In this document: positions 26,972 to 36,225 of the stretch, piece by piece
How positions within the stretch are numbered: position 1 is the stretch's first letter
How the letters are laid out: each line of letters opens with the position of its first letter
From: a virus
DNA: 64,000 nt
Direction: 5' to 3' (one strand)
Virus record (IMG/VR): IMGVR_UViG_3300010413_000004
Location: 1 to 64,000 of that record
Translations under genes and position numbers: made by a program
The notes under the pieces: generated by a model
Database searches by the model: none
Told to the model about the DNA's origin: nothing
What the model saw: the letters and a program-made list of their open reading frames with translations, nothing else

Positions 26972-29293
26972 ATGGCAATAACACCCGCTGATCTTGAAGA
27001 TTTTGCACGAGTACTCAAAGGTGCAATGAAAACATCGAATTTGGGAGACACCATCCAAACTCCATCTCAACGTGCCGAAAAATCTAAAGAACAAAAGATT
27101 CTGAAAGATAATTCATCAGCTCTGAATTTCCTCAAAGAGGCTCTGAAGAAGAATAGCGATATCCTATCCAATATGTCCAACATCACGAAGGCTAGCAACA
27201 AAGTCTTCCAAGATGCTGTTGACTCTGCGTCATCACTCAAAGAACTCAACAAGCTACCAGAACACTTCAAGCGCGCTATGGATCGCTCTAGTTCAACGCT
27301 ACTAAAGGGAATGACTGGTAGCGTTGAGACTCTAGAAGATATGTTTACAGGCCAAGCAAAAATAGAAAAGCTGCCAGAAGTTAAAGCACTGATGCAATCG
27401 TTTGTCGATGGTGAAATGTCGATGATGAAACTCGAAGCACATATAGAAACACTGGGGTATTCTGCTGAAGATGCTGCAAAGATCGTTGGTAAATTTGGTC
27501 CAACTGTCGCTGGTGCAGATGGATATATATCGAAATATAGCAAAGCCACAAATATTGCCCAAAAAACAGTTGATAACTTCGATAATGAAATAAGAGAAGC
27601 GAATGATAGCGTTCGTAAATTTGGTGACAGTGTTTCTGCTAGCGATAGTAGGTTAAAAAGTCTTGGTAAATCAGCTGCTTCTTTAGCAGTATTGCTCGGT
27701 AAGGAACTATTCAGCGCAGCTGAAGCATCTATGAAGTTTGGTGCAGAACTTAGCCTAGTTCAATCTCGTTTGGCTGGTATGGCACCAGAAGAATTTGCGC
27801 AAATGCAAGCTGAAAACCGTCAGGCGATCAATGCATTGACAGGTGGGTTTAACGAATTCGATACAATTCTATCGAGCTCAAATAAGCAACTACTCTTGTA
27901 TACAGGATCTTTAAAAGATAGCTCAAAGTTGGTTGCAAACATGATAACCACGAGTAGAATGCTAGGCGATTCTACAGTCGATACGAACAAATTTGTACAG
28001 AGTCAGAGCGCAGCATTTAAGTCTTTCAATCGACAGTTGAGCATGACTGCTGATGAATTTGCATCGATGAATGACCGTTTAATTCAAGATTCGGACGTCA
28101 GAGCCACATTGTATAAGATGGGCGAAAAGGAACGTGTGCAGCACTTCCAGGGTTTGCAGATGCAAGTCAAGACGTACAGATCGTGGGGGTTACTGCAAGG
28201 CCAAGCTGAAGAATTAGCAAAATCAATGGAACGTGCAGCTGGCATGGGCGCCAAAGAACGTCTTAAGATGGCAGCTCGTCAGCGCGCTGTTATGGGCGCG
28301 TTTGGTATGGGAGGCGTGGGTGCTGAAGCACAAAAAATTCGTATAAAAGGTGCTCGAGCAACTCCCGAAGAACAAGCTCGTTTAGCTGAAATTAATAAAC
28401 AGTTTGCTGATGTTGTATCTAAAAAAATGGGGGATTCATTCCAAAGTGAGTTGTTAACTCAAACGATGTTACAGAAGGCTCAATTAGATGACACATTTGG
28501 TCCAAAAGGTACAATGGCAAACACTGTACTTGCTGCCGGTGCACAACAAACAGGTAAGATGGAAGATGCTGTTGGCAAATGGACCAGTAAAGTTGGTGGT
28601 GACAAGATAGTACAAGCTATCACTGATTTAAAACAAACATTAGTTTCCTTCTTAGGTAGCAGTTTCATTGCAGCTTTGGTGGGCGCCCTTGCTATTAGCA
28701 ATTTTGGCAAAGGTCTGATGAACTTAGTTGGTAAAGGTGGAGGTAGCTTATTATCAGGTCTTAAAGGATTAGTGTCTGGAGAAGGAGCTTCAATGTTAGG
28801 CACTGCCGCCAGAGGAGCAGCTCGGTTTGCGGGACCAGCTGCCGCTGTTGGGGTGGTCGGAAAGGATGTATACGATCTAGCAACAGGAGACACATCAAAC
28901 GAGAACAAATATGGTGTTGGTTTTGGTGTAGCAGGTGGCATTATAGGTGCTTTTGGTGGTCCAGTTGGTATTGCAATTGGGGCAAGTCTTGGCAACGTTG
29001 TTGGTAATGAAATCGGAAAATATCTTGATTCATTAGACAAACCAACGAACGATGTTGCAGCGAAACAAATGGCTCAAGCAGAGCAACTTGAGGCCACGAT
29101 GGCAGATCTAAAAGATGCTATTGAACACAATAACAAGGCTGCAATGGAAACTGCAATCAACACAGCTAAGACTCAAATGGCTATTCTCGACCAAACAGCA
29201 TCGCAGAAAGATGAAGCTCAAAAAACAAGAGACGAAACTAAGACTAATCAGCGTCAAGTATTAATCCGAAGACGTGGAACAGGAATGCGGTAA
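26972..29293 (+). CDS. Putative tape measure protein
   Basis: Ala/Lys/Gln-rich helical body with a Gly-rich hydrophobic C-terminal segment; late promoter 26937-26944; next to gp26/gp51 and portal. Confidence 0.7.
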   Translation: MAITPADLEDFARVLKGAMKTSNLGDTIQTPSQRAEKSKEQKILKDNSSALNFLKEALKKNSDILSNMSNITKASNKVFQDAVDSASSLKELNKLPEHFKRAMDRSSSTLLKGMTGSVETLEDMFTGQAKIEKLPEVKALMQSFVDGEMSMMKLEAHIETLGYSAEDAAKIVGKFGPTVAGADGYISKYSKATNIAQKTVDNFDNEIREANDSVRKFGDSVSASDSRLKSLGKSAASLAVLLGKELFSAAEASMKFGAELSLVQSRLAGMAPEEFAQMQAENRQAINALTGGFNEFDTILSSSNKQLLLYTGSLKDSSKLVANMITTSRMLGDSTVDTNKFVQSQSAAFKSFNRQLSMTADEFASMNDRLIQDSDVRATLYKMGEKERVQHFQGLQMQVKTYRSWGLLQGQAEELAKSMERAAGMGAKERLKMAARQRAVMGAFGMGGVGAEAQKIRIKGARATPEEQARLAEINKQFADVVSKKMGDSFQSELLTQTMLQKAQLDDTFGPKGTMANTVLAAGAQQTGKMEDAVGKWTSKVGGDKIVQAITDLKQTLVSFLGSSFIAALVGALAISNFGKGLMNLVGKGGGSLLSGLKGLVSGEGASMLGTAARGAARFAGPAAAVGVVGKDVYDLATGDTSNENKYGVGFGVAGGIIGAFGGPVGIAIGASLGNVVGNEIGKYLDSLDKPTNDVAAKQMAQAEQLEATMADLKDAIEHNNKAAMETAINTAKTQMAILDQTASQKDEAQKTRDETKTNQRQVLIRRRGTGMR

Positions 29294-29348
29294 TAACCCC
29301 CAGTAAAATAACCGATATATACTAAAAACGTTACTAAAGAGACAAAAA

Positions 29349-31013
29349 ATGGCAAAATGGACAAGTTACTTTAAGGTTATCCAACCTGCTCAACATGGCA
29401 CAAAGATGGTCGACAATCAGGAGATGGCCGACCAAGGTGCGTACAATAACTTCACATGGTATCAACGCTTAGTTCAGGGATCCGCATCTCGAATGACGAG
29501 ATATCGTGAATATGACTTGATGGATAATGACATCGAAGTGTCCCGTGCATTAGACACCATCGCAGAAGAGATGACAGGAAACAATCCTAAGACAAAAGAG
29601 CCTCTGATAGTCGATATTCTTAATGAAGAAGAAAATAATGTTGAGAGTGCAGCTGTATTAACACTGAAGGCTGCTCTCCGCCGTTGGTGTCATATTAATG
29701 ATTTTCAAAATAGATTATTCAGCATTGCTAGAATGACTGCCAAGTATGGTGACGTCTTTTTCCGTAAACAAAAAACATCGTATGAAAAATGGATGTTTGT
29801 ACATCCAAAGAATGTTATTGCAGCTATTGTAGATGCTGAAGATGCTACTAAGGTAATTGCATGGCAAATTAAAAGAGATATGCGTCGCCCAAGAACGGGT
29901 GGCTATGGTCTACCTATGGGGGCAAAGCAAGAAACGGAATTTGAAACTGAAATCGTTCAAGCCCGTGATATTGTGCGTTTCTCGCTTAATGATGACATGA
30001 GCGATACTCAGCCTTTTGGAGAGTCCGTATTACGTCCTGTATATCGTGCCCACAAGCAAAAAGAACTACTAGAAGATGCCATTATCATCTATCGCGTACA
30101 ACGTGCACCAGAACGACGTGTATTCTATATTGATGTTGGTAAGATGCCACCGCAGCGCGTAAAGCAGTACCTCGAAACTATCAAAAACGAAATTAAACAG
30201 AAGAAAGTTCCAACGAACAGTGGTGGCCAATCTGAAATTGATTCCGTTTATAATCCACAATCAATGTCAGAAGACTTCTTCTTTGCTTCTCGACCTGAAG
30301 GCCGAGGTTCGCGTGTTGAAACTCTCCCAGGTGGTCAAGGTCTGGGTGAATTGAGCGATCTTGAATACTTCCAACGTAAAGTGTGGAGAGGTTTAAAAGT
30401 ACCTTCATCGTACATGATTGAACAACAGGAAGGTGGTCAAATTTGGAATGACGGCAAGGTTGGCATTGCTTATATTCAAGAATTACGATTCTCGCAATAT
30501 ATTGAGCGTCTGCAGGGTCATATAGAAAAGACAATTGATGCAGAATTTAAAATGTTTTTGCGTCAAAATAACATCCGAATAGATGAGTCGAGTTACCGTA
30601 TTTGCATGCCAGAACCTTCTAACTTTGGTAAGTGGCGTCAACTAGAACTTGATAGTCAACTACTAAGCTCATTCTCTTCTGCAGAGAATGTTTCCTATCT
30701 ATCTGACAGATTCAAGATGAAGCGTTATCTGCAACTAACTGATGAAGAAATCCTAACAAATGAAAGAATGAAGTTAGAAGAGATGGGCCTCGATCCGGAT
30801 GAAGATGCTCGAGACCTGACTCTCATCTATGGTCCAGGCGCAGAAGGTGAGGCTGGTGCCATGGGTGGATTAGGTGGCGCTATGGGTGGAGGATTCACAG
30901 CAGGAATGGGCGAGCCTCTTCCTGGTGGTGAAGAAGTAGGTAGCGAAACTGCCGCCGGAGGACCCGCAGAAACTGGTGGGGAACAGACACCTTCGCCAGC
31001 TAAACCCGCATAA
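29349..31013 (+). CDS. gp20: Portal protein gp20
   Basis: LLEDAIIIYRVQRAPERRVFYIDVGKMP, EDFFF..R..GRGS.VETLPGG. Confidence 0.96.
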   Translation: MAKWTSYFKVIQPAQHGTKMVDNQEMADQGAYNNFTWYQRLVQGSASRMTRYREYDLMDNDIEVSRALDTIAEEMTGNNPKTKEPLIVDILNEEENNVESAAVLTLKAALRRWCHINDFQNRLFSIARMTAKYGDVFFRKQKTSYEKWMFVHPKNVIAAIVDAEDATKVIAWQIKRDMRRPRTGGYGLPMGAKQETEFETEIVQARDIVRFSLNDDMSDTQPFGESVLRPVYRAHKQKELLEDAIIIYRVQRAPERRVFYIDVGKMPPQRVKQYLETIKNEIKQKKVPTNSGGQSEIDSVYNPQSMSEDFFFASRPEGRGSRVETLPGGQGLGELSDLEYFQRKVWRGLKVPSSYMIEQQEGGQIWNDGKVGIAYIQELRFSQYIERLQGHIEKTIDAEFKMFLRQNNIRIDESSYRICMPEPSNFGKWRQLELDSQLLSSFSSAENVSYLSDRFKMKRYLQLTDEEILTNERMKLEEMGLDPDEDARDLTLIYGPGAEGEAGAMGGLGGAMGGGFTAGMGEPLPGGEEVGSETAAGGPAETGGEQTPSPAKPA

Positions 31014-31057
31014 CCAATAAATAACAGCAACAAAGTTTAAGTATAAGGAGCACCACC

Positions 31058-31204
31058 ATGGGTGATACAGAAAAATTGGGCAATATGCTCGATAACTTAA
31101 TTGATGATAATTCGGAACAGGCGCAAGTTGATTTCCATGACTACCTACGTAGTAAAATGCAAGCTCTACTTGCCAAATCTGAACAAGACACTGACGAGGA
31201 GTAA
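31058..31204 (+). CDS. Small prohead core protein (gp67-like position, 48 aa)
   Basis: Hand translation MGDTEKLGNMLDNLIDDNSEQAQVDFHDYLRSKMQALL...; AAGGAG RBS and late promoter 31016-31023; not in the ORF track. Confidence 0.75.
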   Translation: MGDTEKLGNMLDNLIDDNSEQAQVDFHDYLRSKMQALLAKSEQDTDEE

Positions 31205-31207
31205 CTA

Positions 31208-31960
31208 ATGGCACGTAGCAAAAAAAATTACGGTAAAGACGTTCGTAAGGTCGGCAAGTCAGCTGACGCTAAGAAGAAATTGATCCACAAGATGGTAGAA
31301 GCTCTAATTAAAGAGGATTCTGCTTCAGCGACCGAACATCTCCACGTGTATCTTCAAGAAAAAATGCGCAGCATCGTCCTTAGCGAAAAAGAAGACGAGA
31401 AGGATGAAAAAGATGAAAAAGATGAAAAAGATGAAGACGAAGATGATGAAGACGATGAAGACGATGAAGACGATGAAGACGAAGATGATGAAGTAAAAGA
31501 ATCGTACCTTGGCGAGAAGTGGAAAAAGTCCGTCAAAGTTTCTCCTTCAGAAAAAGGTGAGCACTCCAAAAAGTCTCTCGAACAGCTTAGAAAAGAACTA
31601 AAATCAGCTAGAAAAGCTGGCAATACAGGTCTTGAGCGTGAATTGAATTTTGCAATTCGAGCAAAGCAAAAAGGTGCTGGTAAATGGGGCGAAGTTAAGG
31701 AAAGTGAGATTCTTGAACTAATCGATGAATCACTTTTAGACGAGATTTACACCATCGTTTTAGAGAAGAAGCCTTCCGCTGGTATGTCCAAAGAAGAAAA
31801 GTCTAAATTAGTCAAAAAGGCTAAAAAAGGCGAAGACGTTGGAAAACCAGGTAAGAAATTCCAAGAAATCAAACAAAAAGCTGCAAACCGATATCACTCC
31901 GAAGAAATCGGAAAGAAAGTTGCTGGAGCAGCAATGTGGCACGGTGTCGCTAAGAAGTAA
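31208..31960 (+). CDS. Highly charged prohead core / internal head protein
   Basis: Between portal and protease; D/E tract, Lys-rich, many (L/V/I)xE sites. Confidence 0.65.
   Translation: MARSKKNYGKDVRKVGKSADAKKKLIHKMVEALIKEDSASATEHLHVYLQEKMRSIVLSEKEDEKDEKDEKDEKDEDEDDEDDEDDEDDEDEDDEVKESYLGEKWKKSVKVSPSEKGEHSKKSLEQLRKELKSARKAGNTGLERELNFAIRAKQKGAGKWGEVKESEILELIDESLLDEIYTIVLEKKPSAGMSKEEKSKLVKKAKKGEDVGKPGKKFQEIKQKAANRYHSEEIGKKVAGAAMWHGVAKK
31388..31495 (+). repeat. 9-bp-period coding repeat (GATGAAAAA / GAAGACGAT)
   Basis: Encodes (DEK)n(EDD)n acidic tract. Confidence 0.8.
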
Positions 31961-31971
31961 TTCGTAACCTC

Positions 31972-32006
31972 AAAAAATTCTCCCTACTTAGTAGGGAGAA
32001 TTTTTT
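31972..32006 (+). terminator. Long palindromic terminator
   Basis: aaaaaattctccctact-t-agtagggagaatttttt. Confidence 0.8.
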
Positions 32007-32082
32007 GTATCTGATGTTTATTTTTGGTAATTTACAAGTACCACAAATAAATAGAAGTAAAGGTATGAATTTGGAGAATAAA

Positions 32083-32718
32083 ATGTCCCAACAGTTATTG
32101 GTTGAAGAATTAAATCCAGTAGAAAGTAACATTATCACTGAATCAAGTGGTGATGGAAAAAGCATGTGGATGAATGGCGTCTGCATGCAGAGTTCCATGA
32201 AGAACCGTAACGGCCGTAACTATCCCCTTCACGAGATTACTGCAGCTGTTAACTATGCTAACAAGATAATCAAAGAAAATAATGGTATCTTTGGTGAATT
32301 GGATCATCCTCAAACTTTGACTATCAACAGTGATCGTATTTCTCATGTCATTACAGAAATGTGGATGGATGGAAATAACGCGTATGGTAAAGCAAAGTTG
32401 CTGAATACACCAAACGGTCTTATCGCCCAGGAATTGCTTAAGAGTGGCGTAAAGATTGGTGTTTCAAGTCGTGGTTCTGGTCAGGTCAATGAGAGTGGCG
32501 AGGTTAGTGGTTTTAACTTTATTACTTACGACATCGTTATTACACCAAGTGCACCATCAGCATATCCTAACGTTATGTACGAGTCGCTTGAAGCTGCAAA
32601 GAATGGCCAGAAGATTTTGACTTTAGCAGAAGCTGTTAGAGAAGACGTGGATGCTCAAAAGTATTTCAAAAAAGAAATAATGAAGTGGTTAGAAACGGGC
32701 ATTTTTGCGAAACGTTAA
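32083..32718 (+). CDS. gp21: Prohead protease gp21
   Basis: NRNGRNYP, GELDHP, SH.I, TP.G, GVSSRGSG, D.V..PSAP.A; start at MSQQLL with GGAG RBS. Confidence 0.95.
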   Translation: MSQQLLVEELNPVESNIITESSGDGKSMWMNGVCMQSSMKNRNGRNYPLHEITAAVNYANKIIKENNGIFGELDHPQTLTINSDRISHVITEMWMDGNNAYGKAKLLNTPNGLIAQELLKSGVKIGVSSRGSGQVNESGEVSGFNFITYDIVITPSAPSAYPNVMYESLEAAKNGQKILTLAEAVREDVDAQKYFKKEIMKWLETGIFAKR

Positions 32719-32737
32719 ACTAAACTTCTAAAAACTT

Positions 32738-32770
32738 AAAAAACAACTGATACATAACCAGTTGTTTTTT
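32738..32770 (+). terminator. Terminator-like hairpin between gp21 and gp22
   Basis: aaaaaacaactg-N9-cagttgtttttt. Confidence 0.55.
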
Positions 32771-32821
32771 AACGAATTTTTTTCCACTCGTGGGAAAATC
32801 GTACACAAAAACTACACTAAT

Positions 32822-32829
32822 TATAAATA
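32822..32829 (+). promoter_or_regulatory. T4-type late promoter for scaffold-capsid operon
   Basis: TATAAATA 40 nt upstream of gp22. Confidence 0.8.
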
Positions 32830-32869
32830 GTTACAACAAAAATTCTAAACATTTTTTTAGGAGAAACTG

Positions 32870-33847
32870 ATGAATGAATTGCTGCAGAAGCTTCTAGAAG
32901 CAGAATTGCTTTCTGAAGACACCAAGACTGAGCTTGAAACTGCTGCCCAAACAATGTTAGACGAAGCAATCGAGGCTGCTAGAACGGAAGAATCTGCAGC
33001 GGTTCGTGCTGAACTAACTGAACAGTGGGTAACTGAGCGTGACGCACTTATTGAAGCTATCGACGCTCAAGTAACAGAGTTTCTTGAAGGTGAACTTAAT
33101 GAGCTTAAAGAAGACATCGAGAGTTTTCGCGACATTGAAGCAGAATATGCTGAGCGTTTGGTCGAAGAAAAATCCAACATGTCTGCTGAGCTTCGTACTA
33201 ATCTTACCGATCTCGTCGAAAAGATTGATGCGTTCCTTGAAATTCGCTTAACCAACGAACTTGATGAGCTTCGCGAAGACATCGAAGAAACACGTAAGAA
33301 TGAATTTGGTCGTAAGATCTACGAAGCATTCGAAAAAGAATTTGCATCAGCTTACGCTGATGAAGAAAGCGCAGAAGTTTCCCTTCGTGAAACCGAACAG
33401 CGGCTTTCAGATGTTGCTGCTGCTCTTGAAGAATCCGAGCGTAAGCGTGCTGATCTTGAGCGCAGCATCAAAATGGAAAAAGTTCTATCTCCTCTTTCTG
33501 GTCGCCAGAAAGAAGTTATGGAAGCAATTCTTCGCAATGTTGATACAGATGCGTTGGAAGAAGGATACAAGACCTTCATTGGTCGCGTAATACGTGAAAC
33601 TGACAAAGACTCAGAGAAGGAAAGTGGAGTACTTGCTGAGGGTGCAGAAGACGAAGACGAAGATGACGATGAAGACGAAGATGAGAAAGAGTCTAAGAAG
33701 TCTAAGAAGAACAAAGACGACAAAGATTCTGACAAAATCAAAGAAGGCGCAATCGTCACCGGTGATACGGAACAAGTTATCGTAGAGGACGCAGATGAGG
33801 CTGAATTGCAGCGTCGTGCATACCTCAAGAAGCTTGCAGGTATCTAA
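32870..33847 (+). CDS. gp22: Prohead core scaffolding protein gp22
   Basis: Acidic coiled coil between protease and capsid genes. Confidence 0.85.
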   Translation: MNELLQKLLEAELLSEDTKTELETAAQTMLDEAIEAARTEESAAVRAELTEQWVTERDALIEAIDAQVTEFLEGELNELKEDIESFRDIEAEYAERLVEEKSNMSAELRTNLTDLVEKIDAFLEIRLTNELDELREDIEETRKNEFGRKIYEAFEKEFASAYADEESAEVSLRETEQRLSDVAAALEESERKRADLERSIKMEKVLSPLSGRQKEVMEAILRNVDTDALEEGYKTFIGRVIRETDKDSEKESGVLAEGAEDEDEDDDEDEDEKESKKSKKNKDDKDSDKIKEGAIVTGDTEQVIVEDADEAELQRRAYLKKLAGI

Positions 33848-33880
33848 AAACCACTTTAACACTTTTTTGGAGAAATCAAA

Positions 33881-35350
33881 ATGAACGAGATTTTTGAGAA
33901 TTGGTCGGAAACTAAAACGACTTTACTTGAGGGTCTTTCTGCAGACAAACAAGCGATCATCGATCCGCTTCTTGAAAACCAGAAGTCCCACATGCTGCAT
34001 GAGACAGCTGCTGCTGGCTCTACTTCAGCACACGATATTGCGGGCTTCCGTAAAATCATGATTCCAATGATTCGTCGTATTATTCCTGGTACGATTGCAA
34101 CTGAGCTTGTTGGTGTTCAACCAATGTCCGGACCTGTTGGTCTAGCTTACACGCTACGTTACCGTTACGCCGAATCTGTAGCTGGTACATCTGCTGCTAA
34201 CCCACTTGGTCTTCCAGGTGCAATTACAGCTGGTGACGAGGTATTTGGTAACGGTGCTGGTTCTTCCGGTACTCCTATCCGTCAGTGGTACTCTTCTGCT
34301 GCAGGTAACGGTACAGGTTCTCCTGCTATCGATTCAGCTGCACAGGTAGCTGGTGCTTCTGGTCTTGCTGATGCTGCTTCTGGCGTTGCTGGTATCGACG
34401 GTACTCTAGCAAGCGGTTCTGCTTGGCCTTCAAGCCTCAATGCTGCTAACACCTCTGCATTTGGTCCTTACACCGACGCTCTTGGTCAACAAGTTGCTGG
34501 TTCACTTTACGGTGGTTCTGGTTCATACATCGAAGGTTCTGGTGGTCGTAAATTGACGCTTGACGTCGTAAGCCAGTCCGTCGAAGCTGGTAGCCGTAAG
34601 CTACAAGCTGGTTGGACCATCGAAGCTATGCAGGATCTAAACTCCCAGCATGGTCTAGACCTTGAGTCCGAAATGACTCGTGCACTTTCTGCTGAGATTG
34701 TTCAGGAAATCGACCAAGAGATCATCACCGATCTTATGGCTCTTGCTGGTACAGTTGATGCATTTGATGGTGCTGGTGCTGGTACATATGGCTTCAGCGG
34801 CAACTATGCTCCTGCATACGTTGGTGACCGTCTAGCTAACTTGGGTGTTGTTATCAACCGTGTTGCTAACGAAATCGCTCGCAAGACCCGTCGTGGTGCT
34901 GGTAACTACATTGTTGTTTCACCAATGGTTGTTTCTGTTCTTCAGTCTGCTGCTAAGTCTGTCTTTGCACCAGCTGTTGAAGGTTCCTTCAAAGGTCCTA
35001 ACAACACAATGTTGGTTGGTACTCTAAATGGTACAATCAAAGTCTACAGCTACCTATGGAACCAGGCTGGTTCTGGTATTAGCCTTGGCGCAACTCCAGC
35101 AGCTGCTGTTGACGACACAATCCTAGTTGGATACAAGGGTGGAAACGGTGAAACTGACTCCGGCTACTTCTACTGCCCATACATCCCACTAATGTCTTCT
35201 GGCGTTGTTGTTAATCCAGTTACCTTCCAGCCTGTCACTTCACTGATGACTCGTTACGGTAAGGCTGTGTTCACCAACACCGAAACATCTCTTGGTAACT
35301 CCGCTGACTACTACGGTAAGATCAACGTTGTTAACCTTGACCTTCTGTAA
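33881..35350 (+). CDS. gp23: Major capsid protein gp23
   Basis: LLENQ, RR..P......VGVQPM.GP, SRKL.A.WT.E..QDL...HGLD.E, FYCPYIPL, FQP....MTRYG. Confidence 0.97.
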   Translation: MNEIFENWSETKTTLLEGLSADKQAIIDPLLENQKSHMLHETAAAGSTSAHDIAGFRKIMIPMIRRIIPGTIATELVGVQPMSGPVGLAYTLRYRYAESVAGTSAANPLGLPGAITAGDEVFGNGAGSSGTPIRQWYSSAAGNGTGSPAIDSAAQVAGASGLADAASGVAGIDGTLASGSAWPSSLNAANTSAFGPYTDALGQQVAGSLYGGSGSYIEGSGGRKLTLDVVSQSVEAGSRKLQAGWTIEAMQDLNSQHGLDLESEMTRALSAEIVQEIDQEIITDLMALAGTVDAFDGAGAGTYGFSGNYAPAYVGDRLANLGVVINRVANEIARKTRRGAGNYIVVSPMVVSVLQSAAKSVFAPAVEGSFKGPNNTMLVGTLNGTIKVYSYLWNQAGSGISLGATPAAAVDDTILVGYKGGNGETDSGYFYCPYIPLMSSGVVVNPVTFQPVTSLMTRYGKAVFTNTETSLGNSADYYGKINVVNLDLL

Positions 35351-35368
35351 TAGGAAGGAAAGCAACAC

Positions 35369-35396
35369 AAAAAACCCCGCTTCGGCGGGGTTTTTT
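35369..35396 (+). terminator. Rho-independent terminator (cUUCGg loop) after capsid gene
   Basis: aaaaaaccccgc-ttcg-gcggggtttttt. Confidence 0.92.
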
Positions 35397-35470
35397 ATTA
35401 TCATTAAAAAGTTTTCCTGTGTACGAATTTGTAGTAAAATGTGAGTTTGGATTGCATTTGGAATTACAAA

Positions 35471-35788
35471 ATGAATATTGACAACATTATCGTTGCAGGC
35501 CTAGTTGAAGGTTTAACAGAAAATGCGTTAGGAATTGATCCAACTGAAAATACGATCAACGTAAGTAAATATCGTGCCGAAGAATTGGAATGGTTCTTAC
35601 CACGAATTCTCGTTGAAGTTGGAATGTTTAAAACAACTAGCGAAATTCGTCGTATTCATGATCAACGTAAGAAAAGCTCAAAGATAATCGATCCTCTTTC
35701 TAAGAGTATTTGGAGAACGATCGATTCTTGTGAAGCTACATCTTTTAAAATTGGCAAAAAAGTATTCTGGTTATTTGTAACCAAATAA
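35471..35788 (+). CDS. Hypothetical protein, S4-like RNA-binding motif
   Basis: LPRILVEVGMFKTTSEIRR...KIGKK resembles the TyrRS C-terminal S4 domain pattern. Confidence 0.5.
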   Translation: MNIDNIIVAGLVEGLTENALGIDPTENTINVSKYRAEELEWFLPRILVEVGMFKTTSEIRRIHDQRKKSSKIIDPLSKSIWRTIDSCEATSFKIGKKVFWLFVTK

Positions 35789-35816
35789 TAAATAAAAAGG
35801 GTTACAAGGAAAAATA

Positions 35817-36152
35817 GTGGACGCGTTAACTTTTAAACAATATCTTAATTTATCAAAAGAACAGTTGCATCTTGCTGCTAAGCAAGTCCCAAAGCAAGTG
35901 GTTGAGTATTCTGTACGTAAGTATTGCAAGATCCCTTTAGGTGAGAGCAAAGAAACGAAAGAATACGTCAATCTTAAACCATCTAATATCATTCGTGTTG
36001 AATGGTTGTATGAAGATCTGGATAATCCAACACCGGTCCGCATTATACTTGCAGGTACAGATGATCCTACTCAATATTCTACCTTCTGGCAAGGGTCAAA
36101 GTTATTACAATGGCTTAACAGGAATACCCGCACTCTAAAAGCAAAACACTAG
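35817..36152 (+). CDS. Hypothetical late protein
   Basis: 111 aa, AGGA RBS, AATAAATA at 35787-35794. Confidence 0.65.
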   Translation: MDALTFKQYLNLSKEQLHLAAKQVPKQVVEYSVRKYCKIPLGESKETKEYVNLKPSNIIRVEWLYEDLDNPTPVRIILAGTDDPTQYSTFWQGSKLLQWLNRNTRTLKAKH

Positions 36153-36178
36153 AAAAGGCCGCAAAAGCGGCCTTTTCT
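36151..36178 (+). terminator. Rho-independent terminator
   Basis: agaaaaggccgc-aaaa-gcggccttttct. Confidence 0.85.
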
Positions 36179-36225
36179 TCGTGCCTCACATAAATACCCC
36201 CATACGTGAATAGGAGTATGTACGC

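Noticed and set aside
31354-31623. Poly-Ser antisense ORFs (also 33352-33828)
   Set aside because: Shadows of acidic GAA/GAT tracts in real plus-strand genes
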